Positions 1 to 12,359 of a stretch of 64,000 nucleotides of DNA are shown piece by piece. The stretch's first letter is position 1. Each line of letters begins with the position of its first letter. The stretch is from assembly GCA_964106645.2 (NCBI GenBank), contig OZ067048.1; one strand, 5' to 3'. Made by a program: the position numbers and the translations under genes. The notes under the pieces are model-generated. The model was not told the origin of the DNA, ran no database searches, and saw nothing but the letters and a program-made list of their open reading frames with translations. The stretch is from Podarcis pityusensis (Eukaryota).

Positions 1-427
1 ATTGCCCTAAATCCGCCTCTGCTTAGTTGACAGAACATATTGTGGTGGCTGGTGCTCATTCAGACTGGTAGTGCAGGGGGGGGGGAGATCAAACAGTATG
101 TGAAATCAGAGCCAGAGCAAACAAACAGAGCAAACAAGTTCTACTCTAGTCCTCATCCTCCTCTCCGCTGAGTGTTGGCTCCTCTTGCAACACTGAGACC
201 AAGGAGGAGGACACTGATAGGCCGTGCTACCCCCTGGATTGATTGTAAATAAGAAGATAGGTCAACAGGAAGACAGATTGAGGCTGGTTGGGCAGTGCTT
301 CATGCAACCTAATAGAAGCAGCCTCCACTGTGCGGTGGCATAGTGGATCCAAGTCACTTGGGGTTAACTTAAAAACATTGACCTTGAATTCTGCCTTGGA
401 CACAGTAGGAATGCAGAGCTAATACTG

Positions 428-565
428 GAGGCTTTCTCAAACTCGGCCCTCCAGATGTTTTGAGACTACAATTCCCATCATCCCTGACCACTGGTCCTGC
501 TAGCTAGGGATCATGGGAGTTGTAGGCCAAAAACATCTGGGGGGGGCCAAGTTTGAGGAAGCCTG
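428..565. mobile_element. Non-autonomous hAT-type MITE (palindromic)
   Basis: Long inverted arms (AGGCTTTCTCAAACTCGGCCCTCCAGATGTTTT...CAATTCCCATCATCCCT / AGGGATCATGGGAGTTG...AAAACATCTGG...CCAAGTTTGAGGAAGCCTG). Flanked by an 8-bp TSD with one mismatch: TAATACTG (420-427) and TGATACTG (566-573). Confidence 0.85.
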
Positions 566-1019
566 TGATACTGGAACAGCAACACTATCATTATGCTGCT
601 GGTGACCCACCAACCTAACCCCGTTGGGAGAGAGACAAGTTTCCAGAACAGTTCTACACAAGCTGAGACCTTTTATGCAATGTGACCTAAAAGTTTCCAT
701 AGGCATGGACAAGTAAGATTCTGAACCTGGAATCAAATCCCTGCCCAATCTTACTTGGGACCAGTAATAGTCTCTCTGCTACCATCTGAAAACGAAGAAG
801 AACTGTGGCCTAGCTCACACCACAAGGTCATGAGGAAAGCAAATGCTCCTCATGATCCGAAAGCTCTCTAACCCTTCCAAGCCTAAACTTTATACCATGC
901 CAATAAAAAGTTAAGGTACTGGTTTTTAGCATGAAAGCCTTAAGTGATCTGATTCCAGCATACAGCCACCCCATCTAATATCAACCAAGAGTGTCTTACA
1001 TTATGAAATGCATAATGCA

Positions 1020-1407
1020 GGGACGCAGGTGGCGCTGTGGTCTAAGCCACTGAGCCTCTTGGGCTTGCCGATCGGAAGGTTGGCGGTTCGAATCCCCGCA
1101 ACAGGGTGAGCTCCCGTTGCTCTGTCCCAGCTCCTGCCAACCTAGTAGTTCAAAAGCATGCCAGTGCAAGTAAATAAATAGGTACCGTTGTGGCAGGAAG
1201 GTAAACAGTGTTTCCGTGCACTCTCTGGTTTCCATCACCGTGTCCTGTTGTGCCAGAAGCGGTTTGGTCATGCTGGCCACATGACCCAGAAATCTGTCTG
1301 TGGACAAATGCTGGCTTCCTCAGCCTGAAAGTGAGAAGAGTGCCGCAACCCCATAGTCGCCTTTGACTGGACTTAACCGTCCAGGGGTCCTTTACCTTTT
1401 TTTTTAC
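1020..1407 (+). mobile_element. Sauria SINE (tRNA-derived, lacertid-like), full length
   Basis: Head GGGACGCAGGTGGCGCTGTGG (A box), B box GGTTCGAATCC at 1085-1095, typical Sauria body (GCAAGTAAATAAATAGGTACC, CATGCTGGCCACATGACC), 3' tail GGGGTCCTTTACCTTT. Confidence 0.9.
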
Positions 1408-3206
1408 TTGAAAGCAATGCAAGCTCTCTGAGCCCCTCAGCCTTCCTCCCTTACTCTCCCAACCTACCCCTTTCCCTTTCCTCTTACCTCAGCAGTGGCA
1501 TAATTATAGATCTTGCCTTGAAAAGCAAAGGGGAAATATAGCTTCTTCTTAATTTCTTCAGGAATAGCTTAAGTACTGCAGGGAGCAAGAGGGGGAAGGC
1601 AAATGCTGTGTGCTGACAAGGGGCTCCATGGGAGAAAAACAGAAACACACAAATGAGTCCCTAAAATCCACACTTCCTCCCCCATACACCCCTATGCTGT
1701 TTGCAAGATATGTTGCAGGCAATTTGATTAGTGCATAAAACTGAGCATATTTGTCCCCTTGGACTAGCAGTATCATCATGGATATAGCTGCCATTGAATG
1801 TTGGCCTTACAATCCTTACCCTGGCTTACCTATGACTCTGTGCACAGAACTTAGCTTTGGGTTCAAATCCCTGTCTTAATTGCAAGGCGGGGTTTAACTC
1901 AACCAGTGTTCATAGAGGTCGATCTCCAGAACCTATCCACCCTAAGGCTCCAAACCAGTCACAAACAAGAATGCTTCTAAATATGTGCAAAGTGCCTTTC
2001 CCTCATCATTGAGTATCTAAACTCACAGTTGTGAGCCCACCCACCCCCCCCGCCCTAGCCTTAAAATACAGGACTTGCCATTCACAAGATCAGCTAGTCA
2101 CTGAGCCTGAGTAAGTTTCCAGGATACCTTTAAAAATTGCATATCATGACACCACAATAAGAGAAGCTATCTGTGTTCAGCGAACTATTCCTCCCTTGCC
2201 TATCACAATCTAATAGCCAAATAAATGAATAAATCTTTAAGGCGCCCCAGGACCTTAAAGACTTATAAACAATAGTTTTGGGACCCCTTTCAAGGCCTAG
2301 AGGAAATCCTATTGTTGGGGCAGATGAGATAATGGTGTTTTAGCCATGGTCCACAACAACTGTTTTCTTCCCACTGGGGATAGGCTTGTTGAAGAATGTG
2401 GTCTCACCCCTTCAAGTCCATGCTGTGTTCAAGTTTTTCATCTTTAAAGAGCTGCCTAATGCAAGGACCTGGAGAAGCTCTTGGGGTCGGGAGAAGTATG
2501 CTAATTGGGAGGGCCTAATTGCTTCAAGATATTCCGGAGAGCCTCATTGATGGGCTTGGCCTGTTCCTAATAAAATGAAGAAGCAGCACGGACTTCAATC
2601 CCAAAAGCAGGAGGACTCCTGGAGTTTCCACAGGCAAACCAAATGACTTCACCTAGCCCCTTATTCCCCCCTCAGATGACATCTTGAGGGAAAGCAGACT
2701 CTGTTCATCCTCCAGAGTCATAAATTGGCTGTGCCGAGGCCAGTAAATCTGGATTGATTTAAAAAGGCTTTTTCATCCTCCCAATCAAATGAAGTCACTG
2801 TTAATTAGATGTTTTTTGTTAACAGTGTCACTCCTGCCTATATTACCTGCTCACACATCAACCGGACTTATTACAACATCTGGCTCAGCACTTTGCTTTT
2901 ATTACAAGGAAGGAGATATTCCAATCGTTTTTGATAGAAGCAGGTTTCAAAATCTCTTGGCAGCGTTACCAGAAAGAACCCTGGGCTTGCTGGTAACACA
3001 GCCACTGTCTTATGAGTGGTGCAACACAAACAGAAGCTGCACAGCTTAACTCTGAATTAAGTGTTTTGAAACAACATTTAACTCTTCAGCCTATGTTCAC
3101 AATCACTAGCACAGCTTGGAAAAGAAAGAAGAATGGTTTCACCTATAATCATGTACTGGGAATGGTGGGGGAGGGTGCCACACTTGAGCTATCAAAATAA
3201 TAAGGG

Positions 3207-3341
3207 CAGTGATGGGCAACCTGCAGCCTCCAGGTGTTGTTGAACTTCAACTCCCATCAGCCCCAGCCAGCATGGTCAATGATCAGAGATGATGGGAGTT
3301 GCAGTCCAGCAGTTTCTGGAGGACCACTGGTTCCCGGACTC
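3207..3341. mobile_element. Older related hAT-type palindromic MITE
   Basis: Inverted arms AACCTG..CCTCCAG..CAACTCCCATCA / TGATGGGAGTTG..CTGGAGG..GGTT, same core as 428-565. Confidence 0.75.
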
Positions 3342-3380
3342 CCTTTAAAGGGTGGTTTAAGGAGCAGTCAATTCAGATTG

Positions 3381-3613
3381 AGGCTGAAATCCCATACAGG
3401 AGTAAGGCCCACTGAAACTCCTTGGAGCCTATTCTGAGTAAACATGCTTTTGCATGTGTTAGACCTATTCTTACCTATACATCTTTATGCTATATCCACA
3501 AGACTGAAGCCCTTCATTGGGGCAGCCCAGTCCTATTCATGTTTACTTAAAAGTAAGTCCTGCTCATTTCGATTGGACTAACTCCAAAGCAAGGGTGCAA
3601 CGTATTTCAGTCC
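3381..3613. repeat. Two degenerate copies of a short squamate palindromic interspersed repeat (GCAATCCTA...AGTAAGYCCC...GAC/CTTACT...TAGGAT type)
   Basis: Shared cores GGAGTAAGGCCCACTGAA / TCTGAGTAAACATGC (3381-3452) and TTTACTTAAAAGTAAGTCC (3523-3613). Confidence 0.55.
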
Positions 3614-4692
3614 TAGAATCCTTGATCTGGAAAAGACCTGAACTTTCCTGAGTAGTCTATTTAAACACTGGGTTGCAAGCTTAAGGAGATATTACTCTGC
3701 TGTATTGGCTGGCATCTATAAATAGCACAGAATATATTATGTCAACAATATTATTATGTCAACCTAAGCTAATGTCAAACAGATTGCAGAGGTTAGAAGC
3801 GGTCAGTTAATCGGTATGATGACCCAAAAGGCTTAATAAGAACAGGTTGAAAATACTCTGGGCAGTCCAAGCTCTTTCAAATCAGTATGGAGTGGATTGC
3901 ACCCATAGCTATTTAAATGGGATTTTAATCTATAAAGCAAAATAGTAGAGAATAAAAACCTGCCAAACAGGACACTGTTATAAGCCATTTCCTGCTCTGG
4001 ACAATCCTTTCTGTTGTGGGGAGGGGGTCCTCCTAGTGAATAAAATAATAGCCATGATTTATTTTTGGAGTTTGGGAGCCTATCTACTCTACATTAAAAA
4101 TGCTCTTTCAATATTGCTGCATATTGCGTAGAGAGATAAAATGACATCTCTTGTAGAGTGACCTACCTAGTTAATCGGTTAAAAGCATGATAAGTTGAAT
4201 GACTCAAAATATTTCCTACTTTGCTGTGTGTATGAAAGTCTGGTGACAGGTAGCTCAAAATGCTTGGTAGGCCAAATTATGGATTATAACCTTTCTAAGC
4301 AAGATTTATGGCATATTCTCCTGTGTAGACACTAGGTGTTCAAGGTAGGGAGGAAGAGATTTTGCATTTAAAAATTAAGACTATGTACAGTATTGCAAGT
4401 TGTCCATAAAAAAGCACCAGCATTTTTTGTGGTGGTTTTCATTTTTTAAAAAATCTAATCTACCTTTCTGGACAGTGCCCAGCCAAGGTAGCTTACAACA
4501 GTAAACATTTATAATATGACAATACCAAAAAAATATACAGTTTTCAATCCCTTCTCCAGATAAACTCAATCAACATACTCAGTCAGCAAATTAAAACACT
4601 TTTTGCAGAACTATTTAATGTTGTGCTCAGTTATATACATATATATATGTCTTGCATACTTATTGTCTGTTAATTGCAAAGAAGATGTTTTC

Positions 4693-4771
4693 AGGTTGCA
4701 ATCCTTGCCCAGCAGTAAGTCCCACTGAATCCAGTGGGAATTACTTCCAATTAGATGTTCCTGGGATTTCA
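4693..4771. repeat. Copy of the same palindromic repeat
   Basis: GGTTGCAATCCT...AGTAAGTCCCACTGAATCCAGTGGGAATTACT with internal hairpin CCCACTG/CAGTGGG. Confidence 0.6.
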
Positions 4772-7517
4772 CAGAAAGCCCCCTGCCTTTCTCAATAATC
4801 TTCAAGGAGGCCTCAAACAGGCCAACTTTCAGATCTCAAGAGTCTTACAATCCACCAGGTGCAACATAATAGAGGTTAAAGCCAGAAACGGGAGTGTGTG
4901 TAACACACACATTTATAATCTGTACACACACACACACCTGAAAAATCTCTATGCTTCAGGCCTGGGAGTTGGCATATCAGAGTGACCATCCCAGAGATGA
5001 AGGACACAAAGTGTCTGCTAAGGAATCCAAGTAGGGCTGCCAACTTTTTTTTCTAGCATAGGTCTTTTGTATAGACCCAGAGGCAAAAAATAAACAGGTG
5101 GAACTGTTTCTATCACTCCATCTCTGTGTCTGGAAAAGCTCCACCTGCTGAATTTCTGCCACTTAGGTAATTGTTGAAGGCAAAGGGTGTGGGATATATT
5201 ATTACTAGAGCATTGAATGCAAGGAGAAGCCGACAAGGCGTTGATGGGCATTTCCCGGGTGATGCTCCTCCTCCTCCTTGGGGCTGCGCAAACCTCCGAG
5301 GTCAGGTTCCCAGCACGCGCCCCTTCCCCTTTGACGGGGACTCTAGAGGCTTTCTCCTGCTGGAAGGAACAAAAGCTTGGGCCCCGCTCTGCTCTCACCG
5401 CCCCTAAAGCTGCTCTGCCCCCGGCCCCGTTGACCTCTCGGCCAAGGCCTGGAGACTCCGCAGCGGCATGATGTGCCTGCTGCCTGCCAGTCTCTGTAAC
5501 GCTCGTCCAAAAGAGGCTGCGGAAGTTTGCTTGGAAGTCCCTTCTTTTTCTAGTAGGAAGCCGGCTTGAGAGGTCGCAGCCACGCGACCCGATTCCCCAC
5601 GCGCGTCTCCTCGGAATCAAGTGCCAATGAGTTCCAGGGGATTTACTCCCGAGGAATGGTGCGTGTGGTTAGTAGGGCAGAAGGCCAAGGAACGTCCTCA
5701 GACAGGCTCCCAGAAGGCGGCCTTGCCCTGCCTGCTCTCTTGCTTCGTGGTTTATGGATCCCAGCCTCCCCCCCCCCCTCTCTAGTTGCTAGCACGCTGT
5801 GCCTAAAGAGCTGTCCTTTCCCCCAGGTGGAGAATATGCTTTATTAGTTTCATAAAGGTCTCCGTTCGCCGGCTCTCCGTCTTTTTCCCCTTTCTTCCCC
5901 TGCTCCCGCAGTCTGTTTTACAGGTTCCAATCTAATTGTGCCTTATGAGCTGCAAAACAGCCCAGAAAGCCTAATCATAACAGAGAGCGCTCTTCGCCTC
6001 TCCTTACCAGCCGGTGTTCTCCAGATCTATGTCCCAATATACACCTGGACAGGCGCAGATCCGTCACACAGGCGCGCCGGTTACGGGTGCATCGCGTTTA
6101 ATGGGAAGCTGCGCTTCTCTGCTCCGACGCGCAGGGAGGCAGGTGCGGGAGATTCGCTTCTGTTCCAAGTTGCTCGCCGTTCTCCTTCTCCTGCCCCAAA
6201 GGCCAGAGACTTAACAGCGGGCCGGCTCAGAAGCAAGTTCCACGGAACTGAATGGGGCTTACTCCCGCCCAGAGAGATCTCAAAGCTACAACGATCGCCG
6301 CAGGAAATCCCACCCGCAGGCAGGAGAATGAGCAAGAGGAACCCCAAAGACATCCCACATTTTGACCTGAAAATGATACACGTTGCCATCTAATGGGGCG
6401 GGGGGAGCTCCTTAATACCATTAAGTCTAGCATTACCCGCGCTTGCCCTCAGTGAACCTTGCTTCTGAGTAGAAGGTGCATAGGATCGGGACGAAAGCTG
6501 CCACTCACGTCCCCGCTCAGCCGGGTCCACGAAGCCGTTATGTCGGAGAACTTGAATGAAAAGGAGGACTTCAAAGTCGACCTTTCTAGTTTCACTGCTT
6601 CAGAGAAGGGGTTCTGACCAGGCCTGAGTCTTTACGGGGTCGAAATTAAACCAGGACTTCGCTGGTTTACAAGGTTTATTGCCAGGATTGCTTTCTGCAC
6701 TCAAAGTCGAGATGATTCCAGATACGGAGGATCACTACACTAATGAGAAACTGAAATAAATTAAATCGATACGATTCTAGTTGTGCACGCGGGACATATA
6801 CAAATATAGCCGCCTCCTTTTTTGTTGCTGAAATCATAGCAAACTTGATTCTGCAGCAGAGAGAAAATCCACACAGGGGATATTTTAATGTACATGAAAG
6901 GGAGACGGGGATCCCTCCTTTCTGACACATGGAGTCAAACACTCTAGAATCCAGGGATGGACAGAGCTCATGAATGGGAAATGGATTCCAACATTTGGAA
7001 TGTTGGATCGCACGCTTAGAGTGCTGGCGAAAGGGGCGAGAGTGCGGACAATTTCTGCAAAACCCAACCTTACGGCCTTCCTTTAATCTTACTCCGAAGT
7101 CAGCTCCCTTTTATGTTAGGAGGCTTCCTTCCATGTAAGCGGGCACGGAAGCTGTCCAGTTAACGTGACTCTCTCAGGACAGAGGTCTGGTCAGTCTGAA
7201 ACAAATCCAAGCAACTATAAGGCCAAAAGCAACGAGATGGGGCAAGGGAGGGAGAGAGCCAAGGTCTGCATTTCTGAAGTCGAAAAGCAGAGAAATGCTA
7301 CCTTGCTATAATTTAAAGAGGTTTGGTTTGGGGGGGGGAGGTTTCCGTCTCCCTTCCTCCCACCCCTGTATAACGTGAGAAGCGAGCCAGAACTCGACCT
7401 TAAACGCCCGGCTTTATGTGGGCAGAGCTGACACGTCCCTAGGTAGGGATCTAAACTGGCTCAACCTGGATTGTGCACCACTAAACTGGTTTCCCCATTA
7501 AACCCCATAGGCTGAGC

Positions 7518-7572
7518 GGATGGGAGTTGTAGTCTAAAGCTGATTGGGAAAGCTCCAGGTTGTGGGAAGCTG
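7518..7572. mobile_element. Degenerate half of the same MITE family
   Basis: GATGGGAGTTGTAGTC...CAGGTTGTGGGAAGCTG matches the right arm. Confidence 0.4.
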
Positions 7573-8952
7573 AACTAGATCCCTGCCCCGGGTGCCGGGG
7601 CGTGTGATACGGGGTCTTTCTGCTTCGGGGATCTGAGAGATGCAGATGAAATTGCGACAGTTGGAGCTAAAACACCTGCGATCGACTTTAACTCCCTCTC
7701 TCTGCTTTCTGAAAGAACTCGAACATGAGAGATGAAGGTTCGGATCCATTGGAAGCATAAATCGCTTCCGCAGCTCCCGAAGCAAAAGCAAAGGGACAAC
7801 AGGGAGGGAAAGGTCGAGTTTGTGCGTGACTTTCCTGGAGGCCCTGATCCCAGGACACGTCGGGTGCCTTTAACATATATTAGACGGTGATTCGTAACAT
7901 CCCCAGCCAAAACACTTTCAGCCCGATCCTATGCAGAGTTAAGCATCCATTGATTTTCGGTGAGTTTGGGTGCGTCTAACGATATAGGGCTGGACAAATT
8001 CACTTGGAAGCAATAACATCGATTCCAAATTCCAATAGCTCTGGTTTCCTAGTAAGTCTTGAAGATCTGGTTACTAAAGAGTCAGGACGTCAACATTTCA
8101 TCCGCGGGAGCGCGGGGAGAGAAGAAACTGGACTGAGGCAAAAGGAAAAGTTTAACAAAGCACACAGGAAAGGGAAGGTGTTAAGTTTCACTTCATTTTC
8201 CTTGCGAGATGTGGGAAAGTAACAGAGACACGGCGAAGAGCGATGACCTCGCGCCGGAGTGTTTACCTTCCTTTATTCTACCGCTGTAACCCCTTGGGCG
8301 ATATTTGCATGATCTGCATGAACACACATGCACACTTTTCACATACGTGTACACTTTTACCTATGTGTGTGTGTGAGAGAGAGAGCGCAATGTGTTCGCT
8401 AAAATAGGGCAGAGGTACTGCATGCGGTGTGTCTATATAGCAATATGTGTATCTGTGCAAAGTTATCTCCTGTGCATGTCAAAGCAGACCCGTGTGCACA
8501 GTATATAGGGGCTCCAGTAGGAATGTACGTCGCAGTGGTGTCAAAGGGGTTAAAATATTGCGGGGGGGGGGTCAGGCAATCCCCGCATCACAGAATCGAT
8601 CACAAGATGCGGCGCACAAACACTATTTGAATGGTGGCCCGGCCCCCTCAAATCTTTTCTGGGGGGGGATGAAGGGACCTCGGCCCCTAGTAGTTGGCTC
8701 CTGTGGTATGTAGATAGAGAGATAAATAAATACACAACACAAGCGAGTAAACGCTCTATAAAAGTATTGGACATAACACACTAGAGACAGCTGCAATCTT
8801 CTGCTCCCTTGGTTGGGAGAAAGTTCCATTGATCTAAGTGGAGCCCTAAGGAGAATTGCAACCAGAGCGAAGAGAGAATTTCGGTTTCACAAACACGCGT
8901 TCTGTTAGTTTCTGTGACTGGTGCGTTTCTCAGATGCCAAGAAATGCAGGCA

Positions 8953-8955
<3 letters not shown>

Positions 8956-8991
<36 letters not shown>
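8956..8991. repeat. (GT)n microsatellite
   Basis: Direct read. Confidence 0.95.
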
Positions 8992-8994
<3 letters not shown>

Positions 8995-11900
8995 GAGCTT
9001 TGTCACTGATCGTATACTAATAGGCGAAGGTTGGATTTGGACTGCGAGCACATCGCAGTCTTACGCTCTGCCAAATCTTTATCAGTTTCTCCTTACCTAC
9101 GCTGCACTCTTTACTCTTGCATATGACCGTAAGACGTTCAGGATAGGACGAAGTGCCGGAGGATCCTATTGCATGCTTGCTCGGTATCCAAGCCATAGGG
9201 AGACTCCCTCCCCGTGGAACAACATCCCAATTCACTTTGTCTTTTCCCCAACCGAAGGACAGTCGGCTGGCACTGAAAACTCCACGCCACCGCTTGAAAG
9301 GAGTGAGATCTGATCCGGCTCTGCAGTCGCAACCTTGACTTCACGCCCAGCTAGCATGGCCTAAAGGTCGGCTGCTGGGGGGAGAGGCCGAGTGTAGGAG
9401 AGAGAGAATCACTCACCACCTTTGAGTTTGGGAAAGAAGGATGAGCGGACCCCTGCTTAACGTTGCTTCTTTGTATCTCGCCTTCCTCCGGTGGAGCTCA
9501 GTAGAGTACGACAATCTTGAGAGGTAGGCCGGCTTGAAAGACCGTCATTTCCCAAGACCAAAGAGCTTCTCGGGCCTTTATCCCCACCCTATCATTCTCC
9601 TACCATTTACTTTCTCGGTTCGCACTTCCCCAATAAGTTTATTTACTCAATCTTAAATTCATTGCCTTTAAACACAGAAACACAAACTCGCTCCCTGCCT
9701 CCCTCTCCCCTTGTTTGCGCAGATCATCACGTTCCAGGGACAAATTTGTTTCCTACGAAGACCACTTTTAAAATGCTCCTCTGCAAAGCGATGCCATGTC
9801 ACCCGTGTGCGTGTGCTTCTTTAAGGTACATTAAAGGATCATTGCAGTCTCCCTGTGAAGTCATTACGCCTTTATCCCCACCAATTAACCACACCTCAGA
9901 GGGCTGCTATTAACAGCTACATTGAGCTTAAAAGTGAGGTATCCCATTTCAGAGAGATGTCGTGATCTCGCTCAGGAAATCCCAGCAGGCAGCCAAAAAT
10001 GGAGCTCTGACTCCTGATCTCTGCCTTAACAGGTCTTTAAAATAAAATAAAAAACACCACTCCACGCAACCCCGATAAGGGGAGAATTAAATATACTAGG
10101 GGAAAATCTGAAGGCTTTCTAGAAAGTTCAGAGGTAGAAGGTTGGAGCGGGAAGGGTCCTGGAAGAACTTGCGGAACAGCTTGAAATAAAGGAGAAAGAA
10201 TTTCAGGTGAAATTGCAGATTGGGAGGAGATCGTTTGTCTCAAAAAAAAAAAAAAAAAAAAGCATCCACAACTGAATTGTAAATTAGCAGCAAGCGCTGA
10301 TTAAAAGGCAAGTAAATGCACGTGCACACGTTTGTGACTCTGAGAACTATCCAATCCTCCTAAATTGGTTTTGTGACATCCGATTTCTTATCTCGCTCTC
10401 TTTCTCATCACACAAAACAGGAATGAAACCCCATTGATTTTCGGTGTGGGTGTGACTTCCAGGTGTCACAGGTGGGTTGGCGGGGAGTAACAGAAGACGT
10501 GATGGGGAAACTCGGAGAGCTTGAGGAAGAAAGCAGAAACCCTCCTTGCGCTTCTCCAGCAACTCTGCCCAGAATTTGTCTTGAAAGAGACGGGGGGAAT
10601 CTCTTTCTCTTTATCTCTCTCCTAGCTCGCTCACGTACACACACACACACCCCAAAGGAAAGAGAAAGTGTGGGGAAATGCCCGGAACAGAATGTTGCCG
10701 GTCAGCAGCGTGTTCGAAGGCAGAGGGTCTATTCCCTGCCACTTTGCCTCTGTTTCCTCTTCTGAGTAACCCATGAGGTTCCAGGTTAAAAAACTCCCCC
10801 CAATGCTGGCAAGCTTTTTTCTTTTCTTTAAAATAGTAACAACAACAAGCCTCATCTGAGTCTTCTGCTTCTATCCCGGATACTTACCAGCTCTGTGCTA
10901 TCGCCTTATAATAGCACTCTTATATAAACTAGAAAACCAACTTTCTGCTGTTGGGTGGGTGATAATTGCTTTTTTGGGAGCTCTGAACACCTTATGTTGC
11001 TCTTTTTTGCCCCCTATGGTATTTCTCTTACTCGTGTCCTCGTTCTTAAAAAAAAAAAAAACAACTAACCCATCCAAAGGCAACAGGAGTCCTCACTCTT
11101 CCCGCCTACCCCCACCCTTAAATGAGGCGGATTTAATTTTCAATATTTGGTACACAAAATTTAGCCAGCCGAAAGGAGATTAATTTTCTAGAATAATCCA
11201 ATTAAAAGATTTCTAAACTAATCTTTTGGGGTGGGGAAACAGGCTGGGGTGGGGGAAAGGAGGGAAAGTGATTTATGGCCGTGGTTGATTGAGAAGACCG
11301 GACGGCTCCTTCTGCGGCTCTCTTAAAACTAAGCGCTCGCATCTGAAATTGACCAATGTCAGACAACCCTCCCTCCCAAAATTCAATTAACCCAAAGCAG
11401 TATGCTTTGAAGATTGATTTGTACCCGTCCTCACTCCAGTGGCACAAACCCGGTATAAATCCCCTACTCCGGCTTGTGGGTCGGGCCGCTTGTTTGCATT
11501 GTCTTCCCGGATGGGTTTAATTCAGATGTTGCATTGGGGAAGAGAGTCGCTTATCACTCACACCATTCTTCCCCTCAAATCATAATGTGGAAAAGGAGTT
11601 CGTGCTGCTTACAAGCCCCATGGACTTTTTTTCAAGTGCTAATAGATTTATGGTCTCCCTTTTTTTTTTCCCCNNNNNNNNNNNNNNNNNNNNNNNNNNN
11701 NNNNNNNNNNNNNNNNNNNNNNNNNNNNNNNNNNNNNNNNNNNNNNNNNNNNNNNNNNNNNNNNNNNNNNNNNNNNNNNNNNNNNNNNNNNNNNNNNNNN
11801 NNNNNNNNNNNNNNNNNNNNNNNNNNNNNNNNNNNNNNNNNNNNNTGCACCCCAAACTAGCCGGTTTGAGGTTTATTTATTCATTTGCATTTGCATTTGC

Positions 11901-12326
11901 AAGCGGTCATCGCACCAAGCTCAAACTTTTCCAGAGCTTAGATCAGCTTTGAAGATTCTCTTCGACTGCCTTGATTTTCTCTCTCTCTCTGCCATTTCTG
12001 CCCCTTCCCATCGAAACCGAGAGGTTCAGTGGTTCCCAAACATTTGTTCCTTCTGCTGCGGCGGTTTGTAAAAACAATATTTCCCCAGCCACTCGGGAAT
12101 GGTGATCAGTGTTGCCAAATGGAGGAGGCTTAAATGCTGCTTCTAAGTTTTGTTTGATTTTTTTTTCCTCTTCGCCCTTCTCCTTTTCAATTTTAACTCT
12201 GCATTGGGGGATTGCTTAGGGTGTCTTCGCTGTGGCCCCAGAGCACTAAATCAAATAAATCAGATGTTCTGCTTAATACACCGCCGGTCATTTTCTTTGT
12301 GACAAATGGGATGATTGGAACCCCAG

Positions 12327-12359
<33 letters not shown>

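Noticed and set aside
1020-1100. tRNA gene
   Set aside because: The A and B boxes belong to the Sauria SINE head; there is no cloverleaf and it continues into SINE body.
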